DNA of 64,000 bases, taken from contig NC_087258.1 in NCBI RefSeq assembly GCF_037042905.1, forward strand, positions 8,122,001-8,186,000, in the 5' to 3' direction. The notes below the pieces were generated by a model. That model did not search any database. It was not told where the DNA came from and saw only the letters and a list, made by a program, of their open reading frames with translations. Every line of letters begins with the position of its first letter. Position 1 is the stretch's first letter. Below, one piece after another: positions 1 through 14,180 of the stretch. Source of the stretch: Lytechinus pictus. Its lineage: Eukaryota. The position numbers and the translations under genes were made by a program.

Positions 1-24
1 CTACTATTATCATTTCTGTTAAAA

Positions 25-710
25 TCATCATCATCATGTACCTCTATTATTATTTGTACTTTTTTGTCATTTGTATTACCATTATATTACTACTAGATTT
101 ATCATTAATATACATTATCATTATTTCCATCACCACCATAATTATCATCACCACCATCATCATCATCACCACCATCACCACCATCATCATCATCATCATC
201 TACATCGACATCATCGTCGTCGTCATCACCATCATCGTCGTCATTATTATCATTGTCGAACTCATTATTATTATTATCATCATAATCATCACCATCATCA
301 TCATCGTCATCATAATCCTTATTATCATCATCATAGCCATCATCATCATCGACATCATTATCATCACCAACATCATCTTCATCATCAGCATCATCTTCAT
401 CATCATCACCACCATCATCATTATCATCATCATCAACATCGTCATCATCGTNNNNNNNNNNNNNNNNNNNNNNNNNNNNNNNNNNNNNNNNNNNNNNNNN
501 NNNNNNNNNNNNNNNNNNNNNNNNNNNNNNNNNNNNNNNNNNNNNNNNNNNNNNNNNNNNNNNNNNNNNNNNNNNNNNNNNNNNNNNNNNNNNNNNNNNN
601 NNNNNNNNNNNNNNNNNNNNNNNNNNNNNNNNNNNNNNNNNNTCATCTTTTTCATCATAAGTATCATCGTCATAATCTTGTTCCTCCTCCTCATCATCAC
701 CACCATCATC
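25..710. repeat. Degenerate (ATC)n microsatellite spanning an assembly gap (N 452-642), in intron 3 of paralog A
   Basis: Direct reading. A shorter homologous tract lies at 17616-17768 in paralog B. Confidence 0.95.
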
Positions 711-725
711 CTTGATAGCACTTAC

Positions 726-3700
726 CTGAGATGCTTTGACGAGCCCCACAATGCCCAATGGTAGGCAGAACATCATTGTGACGATGACAGCAAATCCAGT
801 ATAATCTCGAATAGGTTGCTGCGAGGGAGCCTGTCTGACCATTCCCTGGTTATGTGGAACATTTTAAATGGGATGGGGGAAATATGATGGAGCAATAAGT
901 TTTGGCATTCATAAAAACCACTTCTTTCTCTTCTTTTGCAATGGAAAAATCTTTTTAAAATAAAATTTGGTGAGCAAAATAGGATCCCGTTTCGTAAACG
1001 AAAGTTACAATTTTGGCAATCATGGCATTATCATGGTAAATACCGTGAAAATTTGAGGTTTTAAATAACTTTTGGCATTTTTTATAGCAGGAATTTTTAA
1101 GCAACGATGGCTTTCTTTTAGCGTGTACTACACATTTATGATGTGAATTCCACATATCAGCAAGCTCTAGCTAATTGATCACACAGAGAAATTGAAATGA
1201 ATTCAGTTAACATAATGTACTTACGGTAACAGTTGCAACAAACAATTACATGGGCGGATCAAGGGGCGGCCCGAGGGCCCCAGGCCCCTCCCCCCCCCCC
1301 CTATTGGCGGAGCAACAAAAAAAGAAAAAAGGGGAAAGAAAGAAAAAAATAAAAAGAAGGGGAAAGGAAGGAGGACAAAAGAAGAGGAAAATAAGAGGAG
1401 GGAGACGAGTGAATAAAATAAGGTCAGGGGAAGACTTGGAAAATGATTTGAAAATATACATTTCATGTCACTTTATAAAATTTTCGCTCGCGCTTCGCAC
1501 TCGCATAGCCTGTTCGATAAGATACATATCTTGCTCAATAGGCTGATATGTAGCTAAAATACCAAGTTTTGAAGTCAATGCATATTTCAGCTCGGACAAC
1601 GAGCTCTTATTATTTTGATTGATTTACAAATTAATTTTTTAAAGTGCTCTGTAAAATGTCCGTTTTATGGTGTAATTATCATTTGCAGCTTTTTGCGCTT
1701 TGTGCTTGCATTATTTGCTTTGCCAAGTCGGCCTACATATTGACTTTGTTTATTCCATAAGATTCTTTATATGTTAATTCTATAACAAACTACTTAAAAT
1801 CGCCCTTTTACGACAGTTTAAAAAAAAATCGTCTCGCGCTTTGCGCTCGCATTAATAGTTAAAGGACAAGTCGACCTCAACAAAAAACGATTTGAATAAA
1901 AAGAGAAAAATTCAACAAGCATAACACTGAAAATTTCATCAAAATCGGATGTAAAATAAGAAAGTTATGACATTTTAAAGTTTCGCTTAATTTCACAAAA
2001 CATTTATATGCACATCCTGGTTGGTATGCAAATGAGGAGACTGATGACGTCATCCACTTACTATTTCTTTTGTATTTTATTATATGAAATATGATATGCT
2101 AATTTTCTCTTCATTGAGAAGTGAAACAGTGATTAATTCCTCCCTGAACATGTAGAATTAGCATTGTTTAATACTACATGGTTCAGACGAGCCGGTCCCT
2201 ATTGTCAAATCTGTAAAAGATGGAATATTGTATAATTCAAACAATAAAAAAACAAAAGAAATAGTGAGTGATAAACATCATCGACTGACTCATTTGCATT
2301 ATACTGAGTTGTACAGATCACTATTTTGTGAGAAATAAGCGAAACTTTAAAATGCCATAACTTTCTTATTTTACATCCGATTTTGATGGAATTTTCAGTG
2401 TTATGCTAGTTTGATTTTCCTCTATTTATTCAAATCAACATTTTGCTGGGGTGGACTTGACCTCTAAAAATATATCAACTCATAAATCTTATTCGTGATT
2501 ACAAAAGTGCTTTAAATATCCAGTCTTCAGGCCATAAATGTCAACAAATTTTTACTCACTAATTAGGCTTATTAAATTTATAAATATGATGATAAAATTT
2601 TAATGAATTCCTAATAACTAAATTGTCCATTTTTTCAGAAAGTTTCATATCGCGTTTAGGGAGAGGAATAGGAAGATATTCATCATTTTCATATGATGAC
2701 AAAATGTCCTTAGGCCTAGAATGTCCAGGTCCTAGGTCAGAATAATAAAAGTTATCAGCTAGTGCTTCGCACTCGCATCATTTATTAAGTGTTATCCACA
2801 TACACTTCACAATTTCCCTACACAGTGCTTTAGATAGTGCTTGAATTCACCCTTTTATACCGGAATATCAAATATTTTCCGCTCGCGCTTCGCGCTTGCA
2901 TTATTGATTTTCATGATATTATTGTATATATTTTACCTTGTACAGAATTTCGCAATTCAGCCTTCGGCTGCGATGAAGTTTTCTTAATAAACCATTTCAA
3001 TTTCAATAAAAATGAAATGTATTCTGAATGCCAAGATTAAATCTAACTCTAAAACACGCGCACACATGTTTATTGATATATGCAGCTTGATCTTTATTCA
3101 AAACGTGCTAAAATTATCCAGTTTGCGCTTGCATCATTAATGTAGGAAGTTCTTTTTACATGATTTAGAAAAAAAATGAATAGTGTCCCATTTTTAGGTC
3201 TGAAATCTCAATTTTTCCGCTTGTCCTTCGCGCTCGCATCAATTGTTTACATTTACACCTATACCGCTTATTTCAAAGAGTGCTTAGAATGCCAATTTTT
3301 TTAGGTCGGAATGTCAAAACATTTTCAGCTCGCGCTTCGCGCTCGCATTATCTAAAAGTTGAAATATGTATCGTCTTAATGGCTAACTGCAAATCGGTCT
3401 TAACATGTCCTTTCTCGATCAAGCCAGAACCAATATTAAAAATTTCTGCTCGCGGTTCGCGCTCGCAGTAATTTGCCACCTTTCGCAATCATCACGGACG
3501 CTAATATTAGGGTCCCCTAACACAAATGTTGACGCTTAATCATACACTTGATTTTTAAGATTGATTGTACATGATAGTCAATAGAATCAAACGTAGAAAG
3601 CTGCTCTACATTCAATGCTAAGATTTGTGTTACAGGGGGGTTACAGGCCCTACAGATCTGCTTTTCGTTTGCAAAATTCTTTCCCGCGACACCCGCGCGC

Positions 3701-5373
3701 CATACATGCATGTATTACGACTGATGGCTGGAGATATTCGAAATGCAGGACCTAAAATAGAATATGAGATGGATAAGAAAGTGGTTTTTCAAACAAATCG
3801 AGTACATATTGAGTGAGGAAAAACTTTCTAAATTAAGGCTTAGATATAGATCATTACAGTCCATCGAATCGATATTGCATTTAATGTGGATTATTGGTGG
3901 ATCTCTGGCAATTGATTCCATGGGTCAGATTACCTCTCTAGCCGAACCATTTCGCATATGTACACAGCGTATGCAATACGTTTGCATGCGGGTTTCTTTT
4001 GTTTCTTTTGTTCACTCCTTCTACACAAACGATACGCCTCTAGCACACGATGTAAAGGGTATTATGTTTTACTTTCCCCAGAAATGGGGGTTAGATTCAA
4101 ATTCCGGGGGGACCACTTCCATTGATGAGTGGATACCAGGCACGACCATGGGGTTTCGAAAAGTACCCTAAACAAGGGAAGCAAGTCTTTTCCCGATTAT
4201 GAAAATGCATCTTTTAACAATTATTTGGCTTGTGAAACCCTACAAGTATTGGAAATATTTCCTTTTTTCAGTATTTTAATCATCGTTTTTGACACCTTTA
4301 TAACGTTACATAGGCCTATACGTAACGTACTTACCCACTCTTTCCCTTTTTACGCGTTGTTGCGCCTGGTATCCACTCTTCAATGAAAGTGGGGCCCCGG
4401 GCGGCCTCTCGAGCTCTGGGAGGAACCAAATGTGGATTTGGAAAGTCGTCCTAAATCGGATACATCGCTGTTACCATAGTAGCAACCCGAATTTTGCACA
4501 CGAAACGCAAATTGAATGTTTCCGTTCCAGATGCGAAACGAAAAAAAATATCATGTCACACAATTTGCATTGCAGGACAGAGTTTTAAGACCATGACGAC
4601 GGGCCCAAAAGTCTCTTCTAAAATCAACTAACGTCGTAAATAAGCGTTCGCGTTCTTCCAACGAAAGGTCGGGATTATCTAGTTACATACGCATCTTGTT
4701 CAGGTTCACAAACATTGCCCAGAATATTCAATTTTCAGGACAAAATACATGAAATTCCAAAAAATTTCAGCTCGCGCTTTGCGCTTGCACTATTCAAATA
4801 GGGCTTATAATGAGATTATTACACTTGTTTATGTTGTTTTATAAGAATAAAGCTAAGAAATGACCGTTAGGACATCGGCGTTTTGCCCCCCCCCCCAAAA
4901 AAAAAAAAAAAAATGGAGGGAAAAGGAAAGGGATAAGTGAAATATATGCCTATAAATTGTCAAATGTTATGTGAAAATCTATCATAAACTTTGATTTTTG
5001 TGATCAAACCCCCTCAAAATTTTTGGCTCATTACGCCACTGAGACAACCCCTTCAAAGAAACAAACAAAAATCAACATTGAGCGGCCGATCGGGGAAAAT
5101 ATGGGTGAAACAAATTCGCCCCCCCCCCCCTATTGGCTGGGGCTGGATCCGCCCTGCAATAATATATCATTATTAAAGGACTAATACATCAAAATAACAT
5201 TGTAATTAAAAAAAAGTCAAAAGGAATATTACATAGGAATGTATCGAAAATGAATATAAAAAGAAAATTATTTTGATATCACTTTTGCTTACGATGAGAT
5301 AGAAGGAGGGGATCATTATGAATACAGAGTTCTGTGTTGTTGCAAACGGTACCACATTTATGTAAATGATTAC

Positions 5374-5406
<33 letters not shown>

Positions 5407-8400
5407 GTGATATTTCATTTAGCGCGCACACCGTCCAGAGACGCTCATGGCGCTAGGCCAGCAACAGTTCCTTTAGATAACAAATATTATATACACGTTC
5501 ATTACAAACAGCTACTTAGATATAAATAGAAATCTTGAGTCACTACAAGTATCATCCTGGAAATTCCCAGCTACATGCCTTTGCATTATCCTCATCGCTT
5601 ATATAAAGTTCTTGTCGAAGCCATGGAATTATCATTATCATCATGTTTTCCGATACGTGAAAAAACGAAGAAAAAATTCGAAGAATTTGATTAATGAAAT
5701 AGGTCTGCTATTAGTGGCCCCTCTCTGTTCACGAAATCCCGTCAGAGACAAACAATAGATATTATTTTATATGGGGTATTTTATGCAGTTTGGCAACAGT
5801 ATATTCATAGAGCTATATTGAACTCTTTCATTGAATACATGATACATTGAATAGAAAATCCTTTCTGAGTGACTTATAGCAAGCAATTCCATTAACATGA
5901 CTTAATACCTTAATACCAGTGAGATTAAGGAATGTATGACGATTGGAATTATAAGATATTCCAACTCACGTGATCCACTAGCTGTGCGGTATTATCGGTA
6001 TCAACTGATTGATTAGAAGGCGGGACTCCGGTTGTGACGTAATTCTTTCGTGGAGGGTAGCCAGAAGAAACTGGGTATCCATTACCGGTAATGGGCATTT
6101 TCCTGTCATTTGTCATGTTTACTTCCGTGGCTGTAAAATATGACAAATTGCAAAATGCTTCACTATTATTGCAAACATTGAAATGTGAGACCAAATGATT
6201 GCACTTGTTGAACAGAATACAAACAAGAATATGGAAACAATTTAAAGATATAGGGTGAATAACAAGACACAACTACGAACTACATTATATTAATCAAAGT
6301 TCTGAAAGTACTAAAATCTAAATGATAAATCTAAATCAAAATCTAAGACTCGATTTTTAGCAAGTGCTTCCCTGTCGTACAATTGGCAGCTATAGTTGCC
6401 CAATAATTTGTTATGTTTAACCAATTTACAGCCAGAAAATCAACTTCATATTTTTTTTCACGTTGTTGTACTGGCAAGGAATCCACAATTCGTTTGATCA
6501 TATAAAAAATTGTGGTTAACATAGACATTTTTTAGTTGTATTTTTGCATCAGTTGTATTTTTGCATCAGTCTTTTAAAGAGTTGATTTCGGATATTGCCG
6601 CGAGCAGAATCAATATTTCCCCCATAAAACACGCGTGATATAGCGGTTGTGTGTAGTAATACACGTACTTCTATGGGTCGAGCAAAATGCGAGTGTGCGA
6701 GGGCATTCAGCTCAGAATTGACCAATGACAGAACGGTACGATGTCTCTCGCCGAGCTATCACTAAACGCTACTCGCCCATTCGCTATTGTTATATGAATA
6801 TTCAAGAAGCAATATACCTATCATCAGGGAAATCCGTTTATGCAAAATAAATTGGATTACTGGGTGGTTTAAGATATTTTAGAAGAGAAAGTGTTGAATT
6901 GTAAAATAATAATAATAGTAATAATAATAGAACAGTTTTTGTATAGCGTATTACACCTTTCTAAGGTCTCAATGCGCGTTAGGAAAAGAAGAAAAGGTGA
7001 GGGGAAACTGCTGAAAATGCTTTGATGATATTATTTTCAGTTAAATAAATATGTTTTCAATGCAGATTTAAATTGCCCAATTCTATCAATTTGCCTTAAA
7101 TTTAGTGTGATACTATTCCAGAGTTCCGGCGCTGCGTGCGCATACCCCCGTTCGCCATAAAACTTTGTCTTAACAACAGGTACGCTACATAAATCCTTAT
7201 GAAGTGATCTAAGATTTTGAACAGATTCATATTTTACAAGTAACTCAGACCGATAAGATGGAGCCATTTTGTCGAACACACTAAAATGAGAGTAGTAAGA
7301 TCTTGAACTTAAAGGGATGGTCCGGGCTGAAAATATATATGTCTAAATAAATAGAGTAAAATTCACAGAGCAAAATGCTGAAAATTTCATCAAAATCGGA
7401 TAACAAATAACAAAGTGGAAATTCGAAGTTTTACTAGGAAGTACTCAAAGAAAAAAGCAAAAGAAAGAAAAGAAAAGATTACAAGGTTAGAAAAAGAAAT
7501 TGTAAATTAGAATAACTACAACAAAGACCAGGTAATAAGAATAGGGGTTCAATTGACATCTTAACAAGAAAAAGAAATGAATTAAAAACAATATATACTA
7601 TTATGTTAATGACGGTAAAAAAAATCAGATCTCGAGCGCCGTGGTTTGAAAGTGGGGAAAAGGAAGCTGCATATTTTTAACAATTGACAGATTCTAATTA
7701 ATGGGAAAAAATGTGTAATTAAAAACTTAAGGTAAATTAAAATATAATCAGTGATGAAAATAGTATTTTAAATGAAATTCGAAGGTTTTATTCATCGTTA
7801 TACGCTAAATCAGAGGCAGGATTATGCAACAATAAATTTTATGTTTTTTCCCCAATAGCTTACCCGAACTAACAAAAAATCGAAGCAATCACTGTGAAGG
7901 AAAAATAAACCAAGGTGATTGTATTGAAATTTTTAGAGAAATGCAACTTAATAAATCCCCGGGGAATGATGGACTGAGCGTCGAGTTTTACATTACATTT
8001 TGGCATGTTGTAGGCGATTTGGTTATTAATGCGCCTATTGTTAGTATGCTATATTAACATGATAAAGAATTATCTCCCTCTCATGGGCAAGCAGTAATTA
8101 CACTAACACTTCAGGGAGATAAAGACCCAATAGTCATTAGCAACTAGAGACCCATTTCACTTCTCAATGTAGATTATAAAATTCTCACTAAGATACTTTC
8201 TAAAAGAATATAAGGAGATTTTGAGTAACATTGTTTCAGTTGACCATGTAGGTTATTGTAAGATTGATTAATGACATGATATTTCATACCTCAAATGTAA
8301 ATAAATCAGGTTATTTATTAGCAATCGATTTTGAAAAGGCTTTCGATTCTATTTCACACGCTTTTCGTCAAAAGGCACTTTGTAAAAGAAAAGTGCAATC

Positions 8401-11400
8401 AGTCCAGGATAGGCCCCATAGAAAAGTGGCTAAATCTTCTTTTTTTTTCCTTTTTTTTTCTTTGGACGGTTCTCGTCTATTCGAGGGTGCTGATTACGAA
8501 TCTGAATGATGCCACTCGTGTAACCTTGAGCATTTTCCGCAAATTGGCAAAATCCAATATGGCCGCCAAAATATGCAAATTACCCATGAAAATCATAAAA
8601 TTGCCCGTGCATTGTCTATAAAATTGTGGTGCAGGAGTGAAATAATCTCGTAAAAAATGATTTGTGACAATTTTTTTATATTCAAAATGGCCGCCATAGA
8701 CGCTTGTTAACTCTATTATGTACAATATGAATGGACTCATTTTTACAAAATTGAGCACTAAAATGCAAGTAATTCTTAGAGTGAAGTAATAAATGAAAAC
8801 ATGATTGCTAACGAAATGTATCATTTGTTATGTCATGTATATGATAATTGATGTATTTTGATATTCAAAATGCCACCAATCCCCCTATTATGTACAATGT
8901 TAATGGGGACAAAAAAAATCACAAGATTGAGTACTAAAATGCATATTATTAACTAGTGGAATACTGAATAAATACATAATTTTTATTTTATTAACAGCCA
9001 CAATTATATATCGTAATATGAATGATAGTTGTAGTGATATTAAAATTAATCAGGAGACTTTTTGATAACCCAATATGCGAAATAGTAGGTCTCACTTAAA
9101 AAAAATAGTGCAGGTATTCTCGTAATTACCAGGCATGCCAGGGTGCCGAGAGAAAACCTAAGACGCTCCATCTCGCACTTAAAATTCTAGCCTTCTAAAG
9201 AATAAAATGAGACTAACTCTGTATATATATATATATATATGCGTCAAATGTAGCACTCAAAGAAGTAATCCTCTGAGTCAGTTAATAAACTTAAACCTTT
9301 ATAATATCTATTGAGGTTAATGAAGTAAAAGTTCTGACACATAAGATTGCGGCGTTAATTTTATTTGCATGTATGTATGTGTTTGTATCTATTACAATTT
9401 TCATCAGACGATTATAGTTTCTCGTTGACTAGTTAATTGCGATCATGCAGTCCATTTCCAAGCTCCCCAACTGTGATCTGTTTGTAATCAAGTAAAGAAT
9501 CGTTACTCCATGTTAAAAAATAAATCATATTTTAAAGCACTTCATAATCGGCACATTCCGAATGCATGATTTATAAATAAGATGAGAGAAAGGCGCTCGG
9601 TTTCAATATTGCAACACGAGGTTAAAACAAATCGTCAAAAAAATAATACTTAAATACCTAAAAGAATATTTAGGTGATAAAGGTGTTTTTAAACAGAGAC
9701 AAGCAGGATGTGTAGGACCGAGGTAGGACTTAAATTGGCAATGGTACTGAAAACAGTGTTTATCAAGACTTTCAGCGTAATACAATTCTTACAGAGCAGG
9801 GTACAGATAAGTTATAAGTTTAAGTTATTACATATCGGTTTTCCAGCTCAACTTCACATTTAAATCATTTAATTTAATGTTATGACCATTTTTTTTTGTA
9901 TTAAGTAGTTTTTATTGACAACTTCAATTCATATACAAAATAAAATATATATAACAAATAGAAGTTTGATGTCTTTACAAATTGATAAATACCTTGACAA
10001 CTTATGAATTTAACATCATTTTTTTTCTTGAATGTTACAATAAAACACAATCATATCAGACATCTTCTAAAACATAATTATAAATAACATTGATAATAAT
10101 AATATGATTAAGAATAAACTTCTACAATAAATTCAACATATTGAAATTTTTTTTTCAGTGTCAAATACACAAAAATAAATCATTAATAAAACCTAACGAA
10201 TTGAAGCCATCAGCATATTTTAAAAAAAAACCCATTGCCTCGGCCTCTTCACTCAAATAAAATCAATCTCAACAACAAACCCAGCCCTGGACCCTACCCC
10301 CATCCCCCCGACCCTCCCTAAAACACCCCCATCCCCTATCCGGTGGAGAGCTGGCTCTGGGCTCCAATAAATGGTCTAATAGTTAAGTTTTCCCATTTAG
10401 AGAAATGGATTGTAAGAGTCCCCCTCTTTGTTGCTAAATTCTTTTCTTCTCTTTGATCCCCCCTAATACTATTTTTTATTTCATTCAATGAAGGAGGTTT
10501 TTTTAATTCTCGGTTTTTGTAAATAAGATATTTAACTAAAATCAAAACATGATTAATTAACTGATATTTACCTTTACTTTTCTCCTGCTTCCCGAAAAGA
10601 ATTTCCTGCCAACTAAATTTATTTATTTCAAAATTTAAACTTCTTGCACACATATCCCAAAGTGATTTTGAAAATTCACAAGTATAAAATAGATGTTCAT
10701 ACGTTTCTTCTTCCTTTTCACAAAATGAGCATAAATTGGTCGAAACAAGACCAAAACGGAAAAGGTGGTGATTAGTGTATATAATATTATGCAAAAGTTT
10801 ATACTGAAACTCCCTTAATCGACTATTCAGTGTGCAATATCTTAGTCTTAAAAATATACTTTCTACTTCCTTATTGGTAAGATCATAATTCGTTCTAATT
10901 TTGTCGAGAATAGAAGGTTTAATGTCATTTTTATTCAACAGCTGTTCGTATATTTCTTTTGATTTTAAAGGAATAAATTAGTTGTTTTCTTACCCAAATT
11001 TAAATCGATTCCAGAGTTATGCTTTGCATTTATTTCGATATTGTTCTTCCAACTAACGGGTAAACAGGCATATATATGCTTGATCTTTTTAACATCATTT
11101 GCATCTAAATTCAAATTAAGAAAATGTGTATCACATTTTAGTTTACCATTATTATCCAAAATATGATGCAATTTATAAACCTCTTTATCGTATAGAATCT
11201 TATCAAATATACAACTACCTTTATATCGAATAAGCTTATTATTAAAAATCACCACTTTCCCAAACTCTGTACTTCTAATATGTCTTATATTTACCCACTC
11301 TTCTAATAAGTCCATGTAAAATTTGGAAGCTGTTACTTTCAATAAACCTGGTATATAGTCACATGAAAATATCAAATCTCCACCCAAATGTTTAGTGGCA

Positions 11401-13908
11401 AAATTAAAGTACTGTTTCCATTTCATATCTTCATCTTTAATTTCGCGATAGCCATGATCGCCTTGGTTGTGTGTCATCTATTCAATATTTGTCACTTTAA
11501 TGTATTTCCTGCACAAAATAATTATCAAACAAGTCACTAGAATTCAGATAAACGGCATTCAATTCAATAAATTTGCAAGCATAACCATTTATCCGCATGT
11601 AGGTTCATTATTTCTGCAAAACATTCTTCAAATGAATAACCTGATTTTTTTTTAATAAAAAGCATTAAATTTAAGGAATGGGCATTCAAAGTAATTTATT
11701 CCATATGTGAGTTCATTATACTAGCAACATTTTTTTCAAATATGTTATTTATGTGTTAAGTAGGTACATGGAAATTAGAAAATGGGCATTCAAAATCAGA
11801 TATTGCATGGCGTGGCAGCTGATTAGTCAAACGAATTTTCGTACAGGCAAGCAGTTTTTTTTTTAGATAAGTGAATTAATTTAAGATATTAAGCAGCAAC
11901 TCACTAAAAAATATGTTGGTTATTCGGCGATTCTATTTCATGTAAAGGTATACTTTACCTGTTAGTAGTATTTGAAATAATGTTATAAATGTACTACATG
12001 TAGAATAATATTTTGTTTTTAATAAAGGCACTGGTTGGTGGTATGGAGCCACCCTTCCACACAGCGAAAACTGCGGTGTTAACCGGTGTACATAGAGGAC
12101 CACACCAGTTATTTTACACCGGTGTTAAATTGACAGTGTTAGTTTAGCACCTATAGGTGTTATTGCAACACCTTTGGTTGTTACATGTACACTCTTTGGT
12201 GTTATATTCAATCTCTAGGGTGTAATTTTAACACCAGAGGGTGTGGTCCTCTATTAAAACCCACTGGTGTCAGTTTTAACACCACAGTTCTTACAGTGCG
12301 AATCCACCATGGTTTACATACAGAGTATGACCCATGAAATTGAATAAATTTGAAAATATGTATAAAAAGGGACATGTCAGTGGCGGATCCACTTTTGAGA
12401 GGCTAAAAAAATGGGGGGGTAGTGGAAGTCCTGGATCCGCCCCTGGGACATGTAATAAAGTTGAAAAGAACAAAAAAGTTAAACAGTAATGAAAATGCCC
12501 ACACGGCACTGTCAGCTGAAAAGGAAGAATATAGAATTGTCCTGAACACCTTTGTAAACAAAACGCAAAACCCTTTGCAAAAGACGCAATGTAAATCATA
12601 CATGGGACCCGGTGCATTAAAAAATGCCATAAAAACTCTAGCTAACAAACTGATGCCACTGAAATGTACACATTAAAAAACTGTGGCAAAACAAAATCCC
12701 AGAATTTTGTTATGGCAAATGTTTTATGCAACGGGTCCCTGATTAATTTTTTTGTGATGAAACCTAAGGACAATGTGGAAATTCAAATTTGAGCTAAACA
12801 AATATCTAATTTAGCCACAATGCATAACAATTCTAATTTTATTATAAATATGTTTATACATTCACTTATCATACACTTATACATTCATACATATGTACAT
12901 ACAGATGCCACACACGAGTTACACATCATTAGTTTGAACTCTCAGAAACGAAATTGGTTGCTCAAGCACTCCTATCGGTCACTGATGAAATTGAATGCAC
13001 GATTCCTAAATTTCATTGCCCACAATTTAGAATTAAAAAGTACATTCGTTAATTTGTAAGACCATTAACAAACATCTTTGCCCTAGAACGAAATCAAAAG
13101 CACATGACAAATATTGAAATTATCAAATTTGAAATAGTCTTGATCATAAATGTTATTATCATTCAATGTACTGGGAACTACTACTCACAAGTTTTTATTA
13201 ACTTTTCTGTAGTTTCCCATTTTCTCTGATATTATTTGTCATTCCTGTACATATTGTATATATATATCATTTCTTTTTATGCTGAGAAAATAAAAAAATT
13301 ATATTTAACTGAACTGAACTGAATTTATTTGAATGGTTATAAATGAATTATAGTGTCTTAACTTGATCCCATTGTCTGATTTTAAAATTTGAATGACCGA
13401 TATCTCCGGGAAAACGATACCGCGTGAATTTGAATGCACACTAATGAATTCAAGTCACTCCTATATGAAATTGGACGGGAAAACCTATATAACCCAAGAG
13501 GTAAAGTTGAAAGGTCTACGTCACATCGATCATAATATAAGAATAAAACAAGCATACAATGTACAAAAAATGACATGTTTGGCTTCCCATAATTTTGATA
13601 CAGAGTTAGACCATGTCCATGGCCTAAGTTAAACCCGACTTCGGAATACGGGTCATTATCTCAATGGTTTATCATATTACTTTTTTTTACAAACCCTTCA
13701 AAAAATTATATTAAAAATAATCGTCATAAATCAATTCCTTCCAAAATATCAACCTTCTTATTTATATCAACAGGAGTAAGCTATCAGAATGATGGTTCTG
13801 TAAAACGACCAATACTGTATATAGATCCAGAATTAATATCGCTAGATTCTATGTCTTTTGGATTAACAGCGACAACTAGGAATTCAAAGGAATCTACTTA
13901 CTGGACAT
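726..13908 (-). CDS. CD225/dispanin (IFITM/PRRT1-like) membrane protein, paralog A, 3'-partial (last exon left of the window)
   Basis: Exons 13902-13908 (ATGTCCA|GTAAGT), 5970-6130, 726-845, all GT-AG and in phase. Translation MSTTEVNMTNDRKMPITGNGYPVSSGYPPRKNYVTTGVPPSNQSVDTDNTAQLVDH/GMVRQAPSQQPIRDYTGFAVIVTMMFCLPLGIVGLVKASQ. The DY...FCLPLGIVG pattern is the CD225 intramembrane segment. Collinear with paralog B. Confidence 0.85.
1863..2463. mobile_element. Kolobok-like MITE (AGGACAAGTC termini), nested in 1249-5156
   Basis: TTAA|AGGACAAGTC...GACTTGACCT|CTAA with long imperfect inverted arms. Same family as 26037-26624 (opposite orientation) and 63797->64000. Confidence 0.8.
4103..4400. mobile_element. 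MITE with CCGGGGGG-CACTTCCATTGA.GAGTGGATACCAGG termini
   Basis: Inverted ends CACTTCCATTGATGAGTGGATACCAGG / CCTGGTATCCACTCTTCAATGAAAGTG. Same family as 46112-46570 and 52418-53076. Confidence 0.7.
6906..7308 (-). mobile_element. 3' end of an L2/CR1-group LINE
   Basis: ORF 7037-7279 ends YGERGYAHAAPELWNSITLNLR...FKSALKTYLFN, the typical C-terminal motif of this group, followed by a short 3' UTR and (TAT)n tail. Confidence 0.75.
7415..8382 (+). mobile_element. Decayed L1/Tx1-like LINE ORF2 fragment (linker + N-terminal RT)
   Basis: Reads KSPGNDGLSVEFY, RPISLLNVDYKILTK and YLLAIDFEKAFDSISH, with stops and frameshifts. Confidence 0.85.
9888..11443 (-). mobile_element. 5'-truncated L1/Tx1-like LINE 3' end (zf-RVT region, 3' UTR, polyA)
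   Basis: ORFs 10965-11477 and 10336-10938: LREFQYKLLHNIIYTN...CSFC...ETYEHLFYTC. G-rich tract after the stop, AATAAA near 9910, A-tail near 9888-9897. Confidence 0.85.
12060..12298. mobile_element. ~240-bp palindromic MITE (CACAGC.AAAACTG.GGTGTT family)
   Basis: Near-identical copy at 18543-18780; imperfect terminal inverted repeats. Confidence 0.8.
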
Positions 13909-13974
13909 TCTGAAAATGTAACAATCTTTTTTTAACTGCCTAAAGGAACACCTGCACTCTCGGATTGATCTTCT

Positions 13975-14180
13975 AAAGTGAATCAAAATATTTTGAAGAC
14001 ATTCTGATTTATAGATTTTTGTGTTCATTTCTATCACTTGCCTCATCTACGTAATACTATTCTTCCCTGGTTTCATGTCGTCATGAATACTTATATCGAA
14101 CATCGAAAGTAAAATAAAATAAAAATCCATTCCTAACTTCCCGGGTAACCTGGCACAATTTCAAATAGGAATCACAATAA
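13975..14180 (-). promoter_or_regulatory. Putative core/proximal promoter of dispanin paralog A
   Basis: Minus-strand TATAAA at 14008-14013, about 30-34 nt upstream of an Inr-like ATTCACTT (~13979-13983). The block is conserved with 20860-21088 of paralog B. Confidence 0.5.

Larger units (their letters stand above)
1249..5156. mobile_element. Non-autonomous TIR element carrying dispersed GCTCGCGCTTCGCGCTCGCA motifs, with nested insertions
   Basis: Termini CATGGGCGGATC...GGATCCGCCCTG. Absent from the homologous intron position of paralog B (~18860). Related sequence at 28850-31830 and, inverted, at 41050-42110. Confidence 0.75.

Noticed and set aside
36-842. Long poly-Ile/His/Asp/Met ORFs
   Set aside because: Translations of an (ATC)n microsatellite across an N gap. 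Only 726-845 is a supported exon.
7415-11443. The two L1/Tx1 fragments as one twin-primed inverted insertion
   Set aside because: The plus-strand RT piece lies beyond the polyA end of the minus-strand piece. This is the wrong geometry, and no shared TSD was seen.
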